Below, piece by piece: positions 19,191-29,128 of a DNA stretch of 64,000 bases. Both the position numbers and the translations under genes were made by a program. The first letter of the stretch is position 1; every line of letters begins with the position of its first letter. The notes beneath the pieces were generated by a model. The model made no database searches. It saw only the letters and a program-made list of their open reading frames with translations, and was not told the DNA's origin. The stretch lies in contig JAULAX010000010.1 of NCBI GenBank assembly GCA_032654565.1, positions 128,001 to 192,000 of the forward strand, given 5' to 3'. The stretch is from Anaeromyxobacteraceae bacterium (GTDB taxonomy: Bacteria > Myxococcota > Myxococcia > Myxococcales > Anaeromyxobacteraceae).

Positions 19191-20239
19191 TTCTTCTTCC
19201 CGCCTTTCGTGGCGGACGGCTTGGCGGTCTTCTTCTTGGTCGCCGGCTTGCCCGCCGGCTTCCCGGAGGCCTTCTTCGCCGCGGCCTTCGCAGGCGCCTT
19301 GGCCGGCCTGGCGGGCGCCTTCTTCGGGGCCGGGCCCTTCTTCGCCGCCGCCGCGGGCTTCACCGCGGCCTTCACCGCCGCGGCCAGCGCCGGGACCAGC
19401 TTGAGCGGGGCGCCCGACGCCTGGGCCGGGCTGGCGCCGGTCACCGGCGCCTCGACCCCCTCGGAGGCGTCGGCCCCGTCCCCTTCGGCGGCGTCGCCGG
19501 TGGCCTCGGCGCCCCCCTCCACCGCGGCCTCCTCGCCCAGCCCCTCGATCCCCAGCTCGTCGAGCCCGAGGTCGTCGAGCCCGTCGCCCTCGTCGTCGAC
19601 CACCAGGCGGCGGCGGGGTGGGCGGCTGGGCAGCAGGATGGGCTTGGGCGGCGGCTTGAGCTTGAAGCGGGTGCCGGCCGGCGGCATCAGCGCGAAGTCG
19701 ATGAGGTCCTCGGCCAGCCCGGGCGAGACGCCCAGCGAGGCGGCCACCTCGGCCACCAGCAGGTGGCGGGCGTTGTCGAACTGGCCGCGCTCCTTGGTGG
19801 GGAGGGGGCGCAGGCGGGAGAGGGCGTGGAGCCCCTTGACCACCTCGGCGATGCCGAGGACGCCGCCGGCCACCATGCGGTCGGCGTTGTCGCGGTGGCG
19901 GATCTTCCAGTTGAGCTCGGGGTCGGCCAGGTCGGCGGCGAGGTAGTGGAAGACCCCCTCCATCAGCTCGGCCGAGGCGACGCGGCGCAGCCCCACCGAG
20001 GCCACCTTGCCGCGCGGCACCAGCACGGCGGCGCCGTCCTCCTCGCGCCGCATGCGGACCATCTCCAGCCGGTGGCCGGCGATCTCCTGGGTCTCGGGGC
20101 CGACCACCACGCAGACGCCCTGGGCCGGGTAGACCAGCCGGTCGCCGGGCTTCAGCGCCGAGGCGTCGGCGATGGTCCCCTCCAGCTCGGAGAGCTCGGC
20201 CTTCGGGTCATCGGGATGGCGCGGGGGCTGGCCTCTCAC
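19187..20239 (-). CDS. carD: CarD transcriptional regulator with acidic region and histone H1-like tail
   Basis: CarD/TRCF-like N-terminus (PGDRLVYPAQGV, LVPRGK..VGLRRV), an acidic stretch and a K/A/P-rich C-terminus. Start uncertain. Confidence 0.88.
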   Translation of the reverse strand: MRGQPPRHPDDPKAELSELEGTIADASALKPGDRLVYPAQGVCVVVGPETQEIAGHRLEMVRMRREEDGAAVLVPRGKVASVGLRRVASAELMEGVFHYLAADLADPELNWKIRHRDNADRMVAGGVLGIAEVVKGLHALSRLRPLPTKERGQFDNARHLLVAEVAASLGVSPGLAEDLIDFALMPPAGTRFKLKPPPKPILLPSRPPRRRLVVDDEGDGLDDLGLDELGIEGLGEEAAVEGGAEATGDAAEGDGADASEGVEAPVTGASPAQASGAPLKLVPALAAAVKAAVKPAAAAKKGPAPKKAPARPAKAPAKAAAKKASGKPAGKPATKKKTAKPSATKGGKKK

Positions 20240-20306
20240 GCGTGTGGCTGTACCACGCGGGCCGGGGGCGGCCAAGCGCCGGCGGACGGCGCCGGGGAGG
20301 CCGGTC

Positions 20307-21164
20307 TCAGCGGGCTTCGGGCGCCACGGCGCGGAGCCGGCGGGCGGCCAGGTCGACGTACTCGGGGTCGCGCTCCAGGCCGAGGAAGCGGCAGCCGGCC
20401 CGGACCGCGGCCACGCCGGTGGTCCCCGAGCCGCAGAAGGGGTCGAGCACCAGGTCGCCGGGCTGGGCGCTGGCCGCCAGCACCCGGTCGAGCAGGGCGA
20501 TGGGCTTCTGCGTCGGGTGCCGGCCGTGGACCTTCTCGCGCGGAGGCGGGGTCGGCAGCGGCCAGATCACCTGCTCGCCGCCCGGGACCGGCTGCTCGCT
20601 GATAGCCCACAGGTCGCGCATCTGCTTGCCGCCGTTCTCCTGCTTCATGGTCTTGTAGTTGAAGCGGTGGGCCAGCGGCTTCGACTTCATGGGGCTGGCC
20701 CAGAGCAGGATCTCGGTGGAGTGGGTGAACATCCGGCAGGCCAGGTTGGGCGAGGCGTTCGGCTTGTACCAGGTGACGGTGTTGAGCAGGTGGTAGCCGA
20801 GCTCCTGCAGGGCGAAGCCGATGGAGAAGATGACGTGCTGGGTGCCGGAGACCCAGAGCGTCCCGGAGGGCTTCAGGACCCGGCGGACCGCCTTGAGCCA
20901 CTCGGTCTGGAAGGCGTGGTCGCCGACCACGCCGCGCGAGACGTCCCAGTCGCCCTTGTCGACCGAGACCCGCCGCCCCGACTGGCAGGAGGTCCCGCCG
21001 TTGGAGAGCATGTAGGGAGGGTCGGCGAAGCAGAGGTCGACCGAGTGCGGGGGGAGCTTCTCGAGCGAAGCCAGGCAGTCGCCCTGCGCCAGCGCCCAGC
21101 CGGCGCCGCGCTCGGCGGTCCCGGGGAGACGGTCCCATGCGTGGAGATCGAGCCTTCGTGCCAT
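20307..21164 (-). CDS. Beta-class amino DNA methyltransferase, DpnA-like, orphan
   Basis: FADPPYMLSNGG...VSVDKGDWD, HPTQKP and DPFCGSGTT, with the catalytic motif before the SAM motif. Confidence 0.9.
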   Translation of the reverse strand: MARRLDLHAWDRLPGTAERGAGWALAQGDCLASLEKLPPHSVDLCFADPPYMLSNGGTSCQSGRRVSVDKGDWDVSRGVVGDHAFQTEWLKAVRRVLKPSGTLWVSGTQHVIFSIGFALQELGYHLLNTVTWYKPNASPNLACRMFTHSTEILLWASPMKSKPLAHRFNYKTMKQENGGKQMRDLWAISEQPVPGGEQVIWPLPTPPPREKVHGRHPTQKPIALLDRVLAASAQPGDLVLDPFCGSGTTGVAAVRAGCRFLGLERDPEYVDLAARRLRAVAPEAR

Positions 21165-21224
21165 GGCTGGTCATGCTAGGGGCGATATCGATCCCGTCGA
21201 GTTTTTGGCCTAAACTGCGCGGCC

Positions 21225-21404
21225 ATGCCCGCCCCGTACCCGCAGTCTCCCTTCGCCAGCTGGCTCGAGGCGCACCTCGCCGGGCTGCTCTCCGAAGGGC
21301 TGGCCTCGGCGGTGCTGGCGGTGGTGGTGGCCACCGCCGTGGCGCTGACCTACGGCCTGCTGGTCCATGGCAACGCCACGCCGGGCGCCAAAGCGAAGGC
21401 GTGA
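21225..21404 (+). CDS. Small single-TM protein (59 aa)
   Basis: MPAPYPQSPFASWLEAHLAGLLSEGLASAVLAVVVATAVALTYGLLVHGNATPGAKAKA. Its TGA overlaps the queG GTG (GTGA). Confidence 0.6.
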   Translation: MPAPYPQSPFASWLEAHLAGLLSEGLASAVLAVVVATAVALTYGLLVHGNATPGAKAKA

Positions 21405-22432
21405 CCGCGCCGCTCGACAGCGGCTTCGTCAAGGCGGCCGCGCGGGCCGCCGGCTTCCACGAGGTGGGCGTGGCCCGGGCCGAGCCGCTCGATCCCGGCC
21501 CGCTCGACCGGGTGCTGGCCGAGGGCTGGGAGGCCGACATGGCCTGGCTGGGGACGCAGCGGGCCGAGCGGCTCGACCCCTCGCGGCTGCTCCCCGGCGC
21601 CCGCAGCGTGGTGGCCCTGGCGCTCTCCTACCGCGACGCCGAGCAGCCGCCGCCTGGCCCGGGGGAGGGGGAGGTGGCGCGCTACGCCCGCGGCCGCGAC
21701 TACCACCCGGTGATGAAGAAGAAGCTCAAGGCGCTGGCCGCGGCCCTGGCCGGGCGGGATCCCGGGCTGCGCTGCTTCGCCTCCTCCGACCTCGCCCCCA
21801 CCATGGAGAAGGCCTGGGCGGCGCGGGCCGGCCTCGGCTGGGTGGGCAAGAACGGCTGCCTGATCACGCCGCGCCACGGCTCCTGGGTGCTGCTGGCCAC
21901 GCTGCTGCTCGACCGCGAGCTGGAGCCGGACCCGCCGCACCCGGAGCGCTGCGGCCGCTGCGAGGCCTGCCTGCCGGCCTGCCCCACCGCCGCCATCGTG
22001 GCGCCGGGGTTCGTCGACTCGCGTCGCTGCCTCTCCTTCTGGACCATCGAGCGGCGCGGCGAGATCCCGCCGCCCATCGCGGCGCAGCTGGGAAACCACC
22101 TGCTCGGCTGCGACGACTGCCAGACCTGCTGCCCCTGGAATGGCGAGGTGGCGCCGGGCTCCGACCCGGAGCTGCGACCGCGGGAGGGGCAGTCGGCCAT
22201 CCCGCTGGAGGGGCTGCTGCGGCTCACCGAGGCCGAGTACGCCCGCCGCTTCCACGGCACCTCGCTGGCCCGGGCCCGCTTCGATGGGCTGGTGCGCAAC
22301 GCCCTGCTCATCGCCGGCGGCACCGGGGAGCGGCGCTGGCGGCCGCTGGTGGCCGCCTGGCTGGGGAGCCCGCACGACGGGGTGCGGGCCGCGGCGGCCT
22401 GGGCCATGGCGGAGCTCGGGGAAGGCGAGTAG
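21401..22432 (+). CDS. queG: tRNA epoxyqueuosine(34) reductase
   Basis: ARYARGRDYH, EKAWAARAGLGWVGKN, CGRCEACLPACPT and GCDDCQTCCPWN. Confidence 0.93.
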   Translation: MTAPLDSGFVKAAARAAGFHEVGVARAEPLDPGPLDRVLAEGWEADMAWLGTQRAERLDPSRLLPGARSVVALALSYRDAEQPPPGPGEGEVARYARGRDYHPVMKKKLKALAAALAGRDPGLRCFASSDLAPTMEKAWAARAGLGWVGKNGCLITPRHGSWVLLATLLLDRELEPDPPHPERCGRCEACLPACPTAAIVAPGFVDSRRCLSFWTIERRGEIPPPIAAQLGNHLLGCDDCQTCCPWNGEVAPGSDPELRPREGQSAIPLEGLLRLTEAEYARRFHGTSLARARFDGLVRNALLIAGGTGERRWRPLVAAWLGSPHDGVRAAAAWAMAELGEGE

Positions 22433-22444
22433 GTTCCGCGCCCC

Positions 22445-23362
22445 GTGGCCGTCCACCTGGTCATGCTGCTCCACTCGGTCCTCTCGGCCGGGACCTACCT
22501 CGCCGCCAAGCGGGTGCTGGGCGAGCTCTCGCCCTGGGAGGTGGCGCTGGCGCGCTTCGTCCTGGCGGCCGCCTGCTACGCGGCGCTGCTGGCCCGCCAC
22601 CGCGTCCGCATCCCCCGCCGCGACCTGCTCGGCCTGATGGCGCTCGGGGTGGTGGCCATCCCGCTCAACCAGGGCTTCTTCCTGGCCGGGCTGGCCCGCA
22701 CCACGCCGAGCCACGCCGCGCTGCTCTACGCCCTCACCCCCATCTTCGTCTTCCTGCTGGCCCGCTGGCGGCTGGGGGAGCCCTCGACCTGGACCAAGCT
22801 GGCCGGCATCGCGCTGGCCTTCGCCGGCGTGGTGGTGGTGCTGGCGGTCCGCCCCTCCGGAGCCATCGGCCTCGCCGACGGGTCGCTGCTCGGAGACCTG
22901 CTGGTGCTGCTGGCGGTGATCGCCTGGGCGGTCTTCGCCGTCCTGGGCAAGGGCTACGCCGAGCGGTACGGGGCGCTGGTCTCGACCGGCCTGGCGGTCA
23001 TCTTCGGCACCCTCGTCTACCTGCCCTTCGGCCTGCTGCTCTCCAGCGCCGAGCCGTTCCAGCGGCTCTCGCCGGCCGGGTGGGGGAGCCTCGCCTACCT
23101 GGTCCTCATCACCAGCGTGCTGTCCTACCTGCTCTACTACTGGGCGCTGCGCCGGACCGAGGCCAGCCGGGTGGCCATCTGGTCCAACCTGCAGCCGGTG
23201 CTGACGGCGCCGCTGGCCTGGGCGCTGCTCGGCGACCCGCTCGGGGCCGGGCTGCTGGTGGGCGGGGCCATGGTCCTCTCCGGGGTGCTGCTGACGCAGC
23301 GGGGTGAGGCGCTGGCCGGCGCGGTTGTGGCGGCGTGGCGCCGCCGTTATCTTCCCCCCCCG
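22445..23362 (+). CDS. EamA/DMT family transporter (reads in frame into the YgfZ-like gene with no stop)
   Basis: About 10 TM segments with DMT motifs (LTPIFV, GDLLVLLAVIAWA, NLQPV). The end is approximate. Confidence 0.8.
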
Positions 23363-24280
23363 ATGACCTCCACCGCGAAGTTCGAGGCGGCGCGCACCGG
23401 GCTGGCCGCCGGGCCGCTGCGGCCGCGCGCCCTGCTCCACGCCGCCGGCCCCGACGCCGTCGACTTCCTGCACCGGATGCTGACCCAGGACGTCAAGGGG
23501 CTGCCCGCCGGCGGCGCCGCCCACTTCGCGCTGCTCGAGGTCAAGGGACACCTGGTGGCCGAGGGGCAGCTGCTGCTCCGCTCCGACGGCGTGCTGCTCG
23601 ACGTCGATCCGGCCGCGGCGGCGGAGCTGCGCGCCCAGCTGGAGGCCAAGGTGATCATGGACGACGTCACCTTCACCGACCTGTCGGCCTCCTGGCGGGT
23701 GCTGCCGCTGCTCGGCCCCGGCGCCGCGGCCGCCGCCGAGGCCCACGCCGCCGGGCTGTCACGCTGGGTCAACAAGCGGCGCGGCGTGCCGGCCCTCGAC
23801 CTGCTGGTGCCGGCGGCGCAGGCCGAGCCGCTGCGGGCGGCGCTGCTGGCGGCCGGGGCGGCGCCGCTCGACGAGGACGACCTGGAGGCGCTGCGCGTCG
23901 CCGGCGGCGTGGGGCGCTGGGGGGCGGAGCTGGACGGCTCGCGGCTGCCCATGGAGGCCGGGCTGATCGCCGACGCCGTCTCCTTCACCAAGGGCTGCTA
24001 CCTCGGCCAGGAGGTGGTGACCCGGGCCACCGCCCGCGGCCAGGTGCAGCGCGGGCTGGTGCTGCTGCGGCTGCCGCAGGGGGCGGGGCCCGGCAGCCCG
24101 CTCCTGGCCGGCGGCGTCGAGGTCGGGGTGGTGACCAGCGCCGCGGCGACGCCCGCAGGTCGGCTCGGGCTCGGCTACCTGAGGCGGGCCCACTGGGCCG
24201 CCGGCACCCGGCTCACCGCCACGGTCGGCGAGGCCGAGGTGCTGCGCGCCGTGGCCGGCGAGCAGGAGCGGCCGGGCTGA
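23363..24280 (+). CDS. ygfZ: Folate-binding Fe-S/tRNA-modification protein YgfZ (GcvT family)
   Basis: GPDAVDFLHRMLTQDV and the signature SFTKGCYLGQEVV. In-frame ATG at 23363. Confidence 0.85.
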   Translation: MTSTAKFEAARTGLAAGPLRPRALLHAAGPDAVDFLHRMLTQDVKGLPAGGAAHFALLEVKGHLVAEGQLLLRSDGVLLDVDPAAAAELRAQLEAKVIMDDVTFTDLSASWRVLPLLGPGAAAAAEAHAAGLSRWVNKRRGVPALDLLVPAAQAEPLRAALLAAGAAPLDEDDLEALRVAGGVGRWGAELDGSRLPMEAGLIADAVSFTKGCYLGQEVVTRATARGQVQRGLVLLRLPQGAGPGSPLLAGGVEVGVVTSAAATPAGRLGLGYLRRAHWAAGTRLTATVGEAEVLRAVAGEQERPG

Positions 24281-24296
24281 GCCCCGGCCGGCGGCG

Positions 24297-24785
24297 CTAC
24301 CCCTTCTTCCGGAGCGGGCAGAGGGCGATGGCGCCGTTGGGATCGACGGCGTCGCCCCCCTCGACGATCTTCACCACCGTGCCGTCCTGGTCGATGACCA
24401 CGTTGGAGCGGCTGGCGTAGCCGACCACCGGCATGGTGCCGGTGTACTTCCCGGCCACCGCGCCGCCCTGGTCGGAGAGCAGCGGGTAGGGGAGCTTGTA
24501 CTCGGCCTTGAACTTCCTCTGCGTCTCCACGTCATCGGTGGAGATGCCCAACACCTGGGCCCCCTTCTTCTCCACCTCGGCGTACTTGTCGCGGAAGTTG
24601 GAGTTCTGCTTGGTGCAGCCGGAGGTGAAGGCCTTCGGGTAGAAGGCCAGGATCACCGGCCCCTGGGCCAGCAGCTTGGAGAGGGTGACCGGCTTCCCCT
24701 CGGTGTCGGGGAGGGTGAAGTCGGGGGCCTTGTCGCCGGCCTTGAGGCCGGCGGCGAGCACGAGGGCGAGGATGGTGGTGGTCAT
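24297..24785 (-). CDS. Peroxiredoxin (BCP/AhpC-TSA family)
   Basis: [27 protein letters not shown] and YPLLSD. Confidence 0.9.
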   Translation of the reverse strand: MTTTILALVLAAGLKAGDKAPDFTLPDTEGKPVTLSKLLAQGPVILAFYPKAFTSGCTKQNSNFRDKYAEVEKKGAQVLGISTDDVETQRKFKAEYKLPYPLLSDQGGAVAGKYTGTMPVVGYASRSNVVIDQDGTVVKIVEGGDAVDPNGAIALCPLRKKG

Positions 24786-24909
24786 CCCGACCGCTTAGCG
24801 GCGCCCCGCCCCCCGGGCAAGCAGATCGGCGGGGCCTCCCCCGATGGTGACGCTGGCCTGCGGCGCGGCGCTGGCCTAGGCTTTCCGCCACGTCGACCGG
24901 GAGGTCCGC

Positions 24910-25938
24910 ATGAAGGCCGCAGCGATGCGCGCGCACGGTGGTCCCGAGGTGGTGGAGCTGCTCGACCTGCCCGAGCCGGTGGCCGGTCCGGGGGAGGCGG
25001 TGGTGGCGGTCAAGGCCGCCGCCCTCAACCACCTCGACATCTGGGTCCGCAAGGGCTGGCCCGGGCTGAAGCTGGCCTTCCCGCACGTCTTCGGCTCGGA
25101 CGTGGCCGGCGTGGTCGAGGCGGTCGGCGCCGGCGTCACCGGCTGGAAGGCCGGCGACGAGGTGGTGGTCAACCCCTCGCTCGGCTGCACCCGCTGCGAG
25201 CGCTGCCTCTCCGGGCGCGAGAACCTCTGCCGCCACTTCGCCATCCTCGGCGAGCACGTCTCCGGCGGGCAGGCGCAGAAGCTGGCGGTGCCGGCCCGCA
25301 ACCTCTGTGCGAAGCCGAAGAACCTCTCCTTCGAGGAGGCGGCCGCGGTGCCGCTCACCTTCATGACCGCCTGGCACGCGGTGGCGGTGCGGGCGGCGCT
25401 CCGCCCCGGCGAGACCATCCTGGTGCACGCCGCCGGCTCCGGCGTCGGCGTGGCGGCGGTGCAGATCGCCCGGCTGCTCGGCGCCCGGGTCATCGCCACA
25501 GCCGGCTCCGACGCCAAGCTCGAGAAGGCCCGGGCGCTCGGCGCCGACGAGGTCATCAACTACGAGACCCAGGACTTCCTCGCCGAGGTGAAGAAGCTCA
25601 CCGGCAAGCAGGGGGTGGACGTGGTCTTCGAGCACGTCGGCAAGACCACCTGGGAGAAGAGCCTGCTCAGCGCCGGCATCGGCGGCCGGATCGTCACGGT
25701 GGGAGCCACCACCGGCTTCGACCCGCTCACCGACCTGCGCCACGTCTTCTTCCGGCAGCTCAGCATCCTCGGCTCGACCATGGGGACCGCCGCCGACCTG
25801 CTCCAGGTGCTGCAGTTCGTCGGGCAGGGGAAGCTCAAGCCGGTGGTGGCGCAGGTGCTGCCGCTCGCCGAGGCGCGCCGGGCCCAGGCCCTGCTGGCCG
25901 ACCGGGCCCTCTTCGGCAAGGTGGTGCTGGTCCCCTGA
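24910..25938 (+). CDS. Zinc-binding alcohol dehydrogenase / quinone oxidoreductase
   Basis: ALNHLD, CTRCERCLSGRENLC, AAGSGVG and FGKVVL. Confidence 0.9.
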   Translation: MKAAAMRAHGGPEVVELLDLPEPVAGPGEAVVAVKAAALNHLDIWVRKGWPGLKLAFPHVFGSDVAGVVEAVGAGVTGWKAGDEVVVNPSLGCTRCERCLSGRENLCRHFAILGEHVSGGQAQKLAVPARNLCAKPKNLSFEEAAAVPLTFMTAWHAVAVRAALRPGETILVHAAGSGVGVAAVQIARLLGARVIATAGSDAKLEKARALGADEVINYETQDFLAEVKKLTGKQGVDVVFEHVGKTTWEKSLLSAGIGGRIVTVGATTGFDPLTDLRHVFFRQLSILGSTMGTAADLLQVLQFVGQGKLKPVVAQVLPLAEARRAQALLADRALFGKVVLVP

Positions 25939-25964
25939 GGCCGGCGCAGTCCGCCTGCCGTCCG

Positions 25965-26933
25965 CTACCGGACCTGGCCGCGCAGCGCCCGCAGCCGGGC
26001 CACCCGCTCCTCGACCGGCGGGTGGGTGGAGAAGAGCGACATCATCCGGGCCCCGGTGCCGCGCAGCGGGTTGACGATGAAGAGGTGGGCGGTGGCCGGG
26101 CCCGCCGAGGCCATGGGGGCGGCGTCGTTCCCCGCCTCCAGCGCCAGCAGCGCGCTGGCCAGCGGCTCGGGGTCGCCCACCAGCGCCGCGCCGGTGGCGT
26201 CGGCCCCGTACTCGCGCGAGCGGGAGATGGCCAGCTGGATCACCAGGGCGATGAGCGGGGCCACGATGGCCCAGGCCAGCAGCTCCAGCAGTCCCGGCCC
26301 GTCGTCGCGGTCGCCGCGGCCGCCGCCCAGGATGGCCCCCCAGCGCAGCACGTAGCCGAGCGAGGAGATCAGGCCGGCGATGGCCCCGGCCATGGTGGCG
26401 ATGAGGATGTCGCGGTTCTGCACGTGGGCCAGCTCGTGGGCCAGCACCCCCTCGAGCTGCCGCCGGTCGAGGACCCGCAGGATCCCCTCGGTGACCGCCA
26501 CCGCGGCGTGGGCCGGGTCGCGGCCGGTGGCGAAGGCGTTGGGGGCGTCGCTGGGGATGACGTAGAGCCGGGGCATGGGGAGCCCGGCCCGGCGGGTCAG
26601 CCGCTCGACGATCTCGTAGACCTCCGGCAGCTGCTCGCGCTCCACCGGGCGGGCGCCGTTCCCCAGCAGCGCCAGCTTGTCGGAGAACCAGTAGGACAGG
26701 AAGTTGAAGACCAGGCCGAGGGCCCCGAAGGCCAGCATGCCCCCGGTGCCGCCCACCGCGGCGCCGCCGATGGCCAGCAGCGCCACCAGGCCGCCCATGA
26801 GCATGGCGGTGCGGGCGTAGTTGCGGCCGGCGCCGTGGGGCGGGACGAAGGCCGGGCCGGGGGACGGGACCGGGGCCGGGCGCAGGGGGGGTGGGGCGGG
26901 ACTCCGGGGGGTTCGGGCGGGGTCGAAGGGCAT
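25965..26933 (-). CDS. htpX: Zinc metalloprotease HtpX (M48)
   Basis: PNAFATGRDP, HELAH, SRSREYGAD and FSTHPP. Confidence 0.92.
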   Translation of the reverse strand: MPFDPARTPRSPAPPPLRPAPVPSPGPAFVPPHGAGRNYARTAMLMGGLVALLAIGGAAVGGTGGMLAFGALGLVFNFLSYWFSDKLALLGNGARPVEREQLPEVYEIVERLTRRAGLPMPRLYVIPSDAPNAFATGRDPAHAAVAVTEGILRVLDRRQLEGVLAHELAHVQNRDILIATMAGAIAGLISSLGYVLRWGAILGGGRGDRDDGPGLLELLAWAIVAPLIALVIQLAISRSREYGADATGAALVGDPEPLASALLALEAGNDAAPMASAGPATAHLFIVNPLRGTGARMMSLFSTHPPVEERVARLRALRGQVR

Positions 26934-27047
26934 GGTTCCCCTGTAACCACCCCCCGGGAAAGGTCAATCCCGGCGGCCGTTTTGTCGCGCCCTCCGGCCT
27001 CGCGTGCTAGACCGGAAGCGGGCGATATCGCGAGGGATTAACCGACC

Positions 27048-29126
27048 ATGGCGGCGACGAAAGCGGCGGCGGCGAAGGGGAAGCAGCAGGGTCCGGCCCG
27101 GGCGGAGCGGCAGCTGTCGCTGCTCGACACGGCGCCGGCCAAGGCGCCGGCGCGGCCGGGCCGGGTGTCGCCGAAGCCGGCCGGAAAGCCGCCGGCCGGC
27201 AAGGCCGCCAGGGCCAGGGCCCCGGTGGAGCGGCAGGCGGCGCTGGTCGAGCTCGAGCCGGTGGAGTCCGCCGAGGCGCCGGAGCCGTCCGAGCGCAAGC
27301 CGAAGCGGCGGGCCACCGCCGAGCAGATGGCCACCCAGCAGCGCGAGATCTCCATCTCCGAGTTCTTCACCAAGAACCGCCACCTGCTCGGCTTCGACAA
27401 CCCCTCCAAGGCCCTGCTCACCACCATCAAGGAGGCGGTCGACAACTCGCTCGACGCCTGCGAGGAGGCCGGCATCCTCCCCGAGCTGACCATCGAGGTC
27501 CGCGACCTCGGGCTCGACGCCCGGGGCGAGGGGGAGCTGACCAAGGGTGAAGGTCGCTTCGTGGTGGTGGTGGAGGACAACGGCCCGGGCATCGTCAAGG
27601 CCCAGGTCCCCAAGATCTTCGGCAAGCTGCTCTACGGCTCCAAGTTCCACCGGCTCAAGCAGTCGCGCGGCCAGCAGGGGATCGGCATCTCGGCGGCGGC
27701 CATGTACGGCCAGCTCACCACCGGCCAGCCCATCCGCATCACCTCGCGCACCGGCAAGGGCAAGCCGGCCCACTTCTTCGAGATCCAGATCGACACCCGC
27801 AAGAACAACCCGGTGGTCACCCGCGACGACCAGCTCGCCGACTGGCACCAGGCCCACGGCACCCGGGTGGAGCTGGAGATCGTCGCCGACTGGCGCACCG
27901 GGCAGCGCTTCGTCAACCGCTACGTCGAGCACACCGCGCTGGCCAACCCCCACGCCACGGTCCACTACGTCAGGCCGAAGCAGTCGAGGCTCACCTTCCC
28001 GCGCTCCACCGAGGAGCTCCCCAAGGAGGCCCTGGAGATCAAGCCGCACCCCCACGGCGTCGAGCTGGGCGCGCTGATGCTGATGGCGGCCGAGTCGAAG
28101 AGCCACGACGTCAAGGGGTTCCTGCAGACCGCCTTCAGCCGGGTCTCGCCGCCGGTGGCCGGGGCCATCCTCAAGGCCGCCGGGCTGAGGGACCGGCTGC
28201 GCCCGCGCGAGATCGGCGCCGACCGGCAGCTGGCGGCCCGGCTCCACAAGGCGCTGCAGGAGACCAGGATCATGGCGCCGCCCACCAACTGCCTCTCGCC
28301 CATCGGCGACGAGCTGATGCGGCGCGGGCTGGTGAGCTTCCTCTCGGTGATCGAGCGCGAGGGGCCGGAGGTCGACGAGCCCCAGCTGGACCTGGCGCCG
28401 GTGAAGGGCCGGGCCGGGAAGAAGGGCACAGCCGCCCCGCCGCCCCCGCCCGCGGTGACGCCCGGCGAGGAGGGGGTGGAGCGGATCAAGGGGCACGACT
28501 ACTTCATCGCCACCGTGACCCGGCCGCCCAAGGTCTACCGCGGCAACCCCTTCCAGGTGGAGGTGGGGCTGGCCTTCGGCGGCTCCTGGCCCGCCGACAA
28601 GACCATCGAGCTCTTCCGCTTCGCCAACCGGGTGCCGCTGCTCTTCCAGCGCAGCGCCTGCGGCATGACCGAGTCGATCGTCAAGACCGACTGGCGCAAC
28701 TACATGCTCAGCCAGCCCAAGGGCTCGCTGCCGGTGGGGCCCATGGCCCTGCTGGTCCACATCGCCTCGGTCTGGGTGCCGTTCACCAGCGAGGCCAAGG
28801 AGGCGCTGGCCCACTACCCGGAGATCATCCGGGAGATCCAGCTGGCGGCCCAGGAGTGCGGGCGCAAGCTGGCCACCTTCATCCGCAAGAAGCAGCAGGC
28901 CGACTACCAGGCCCAGCGCCGCTCCATCTTCGAGCTCTACATCGAGGAGGTGGCCGACGCCATCCACCGCATCACCGGGAACAGCCGCGACGCCATCAAG
29001 CGCGACTTCCTGCGGGTGGCCGAGCAGGTGACCGAGGCCGACCTGGCCGCCGAGGACAAGAAGCTGGAAGAGGCCAGCGAGAAGCTCACCAAGCGGCCGC
29101 GGCGCGGCGCAGAGGAGGGGGAGTAG
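27048..29126 (+). CDS. top6B: DNA topoisomerase VI subunit B
   Basis: EISISEFF.KNRHLLGFDNP, GHKL motifs EAVDNSLDACEE, DNGPGI and SRGQQGIGISAA, plus RFANRVPLL and VPFTSEAKE. Confidence 0.95.
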   Translation: MAATKAAAAKGKQQGPARAERQLSLLDTAPAKAPARPGRVSPKPAGKPPAGKAARARAPVERQAALVELEPVESAEAPEPSERKPKRRATAEQMATQQREISISEFFTKNRHLLGFDNPSKALLTTIKEAVDNSLDACEEAGILPELTIEVRDLGLDARGEGELTKGEGRFVVVVEDNGPGIVKAQVPKIFGKLLYGSKFHRLKQSRGQQGIGISAAAMYGQLTTGQPIRITSRTGKGKPAHFFEIQIDTRKNNPVVTRDDQLADWHQAHGTRVELEIVADWRTGQRFVNRYVEHTALANPHATVHYVRPKQSRLTFPRSTEELPKEALEIKPHPHGVELGALMLMAAESKSHDVKGFLQTAFSRVSPPVAGAILKAAGLRDRLRPREIGADRQLAARLHKALQETRIMAPPTNCLSPIGDELMRRGLVSFLSVIEREGPEVDEPQLDLAPVKGRAGKKGTAAPPPPPAVTPGEEGVERIKGHDYFIATVTRPPKVYRGNPFQVEVGLAFGGSWPADKTIELFRFANRVPLLFQRSACGMTESIVKTDWRNYMLSQPKGSLPVGPMALLVHIASVWVPFTSEAKEALAHYPEIIREIQLAAQECGRKLATFIRKKQQADYQAQRRSIFELYIEEVADAIHRITGNSRDAIKRDFLRVAEQVTEADLAAEDKKLEEASEKLTKRPRRGAEEGE

Positions 29127-29128
29127 CC

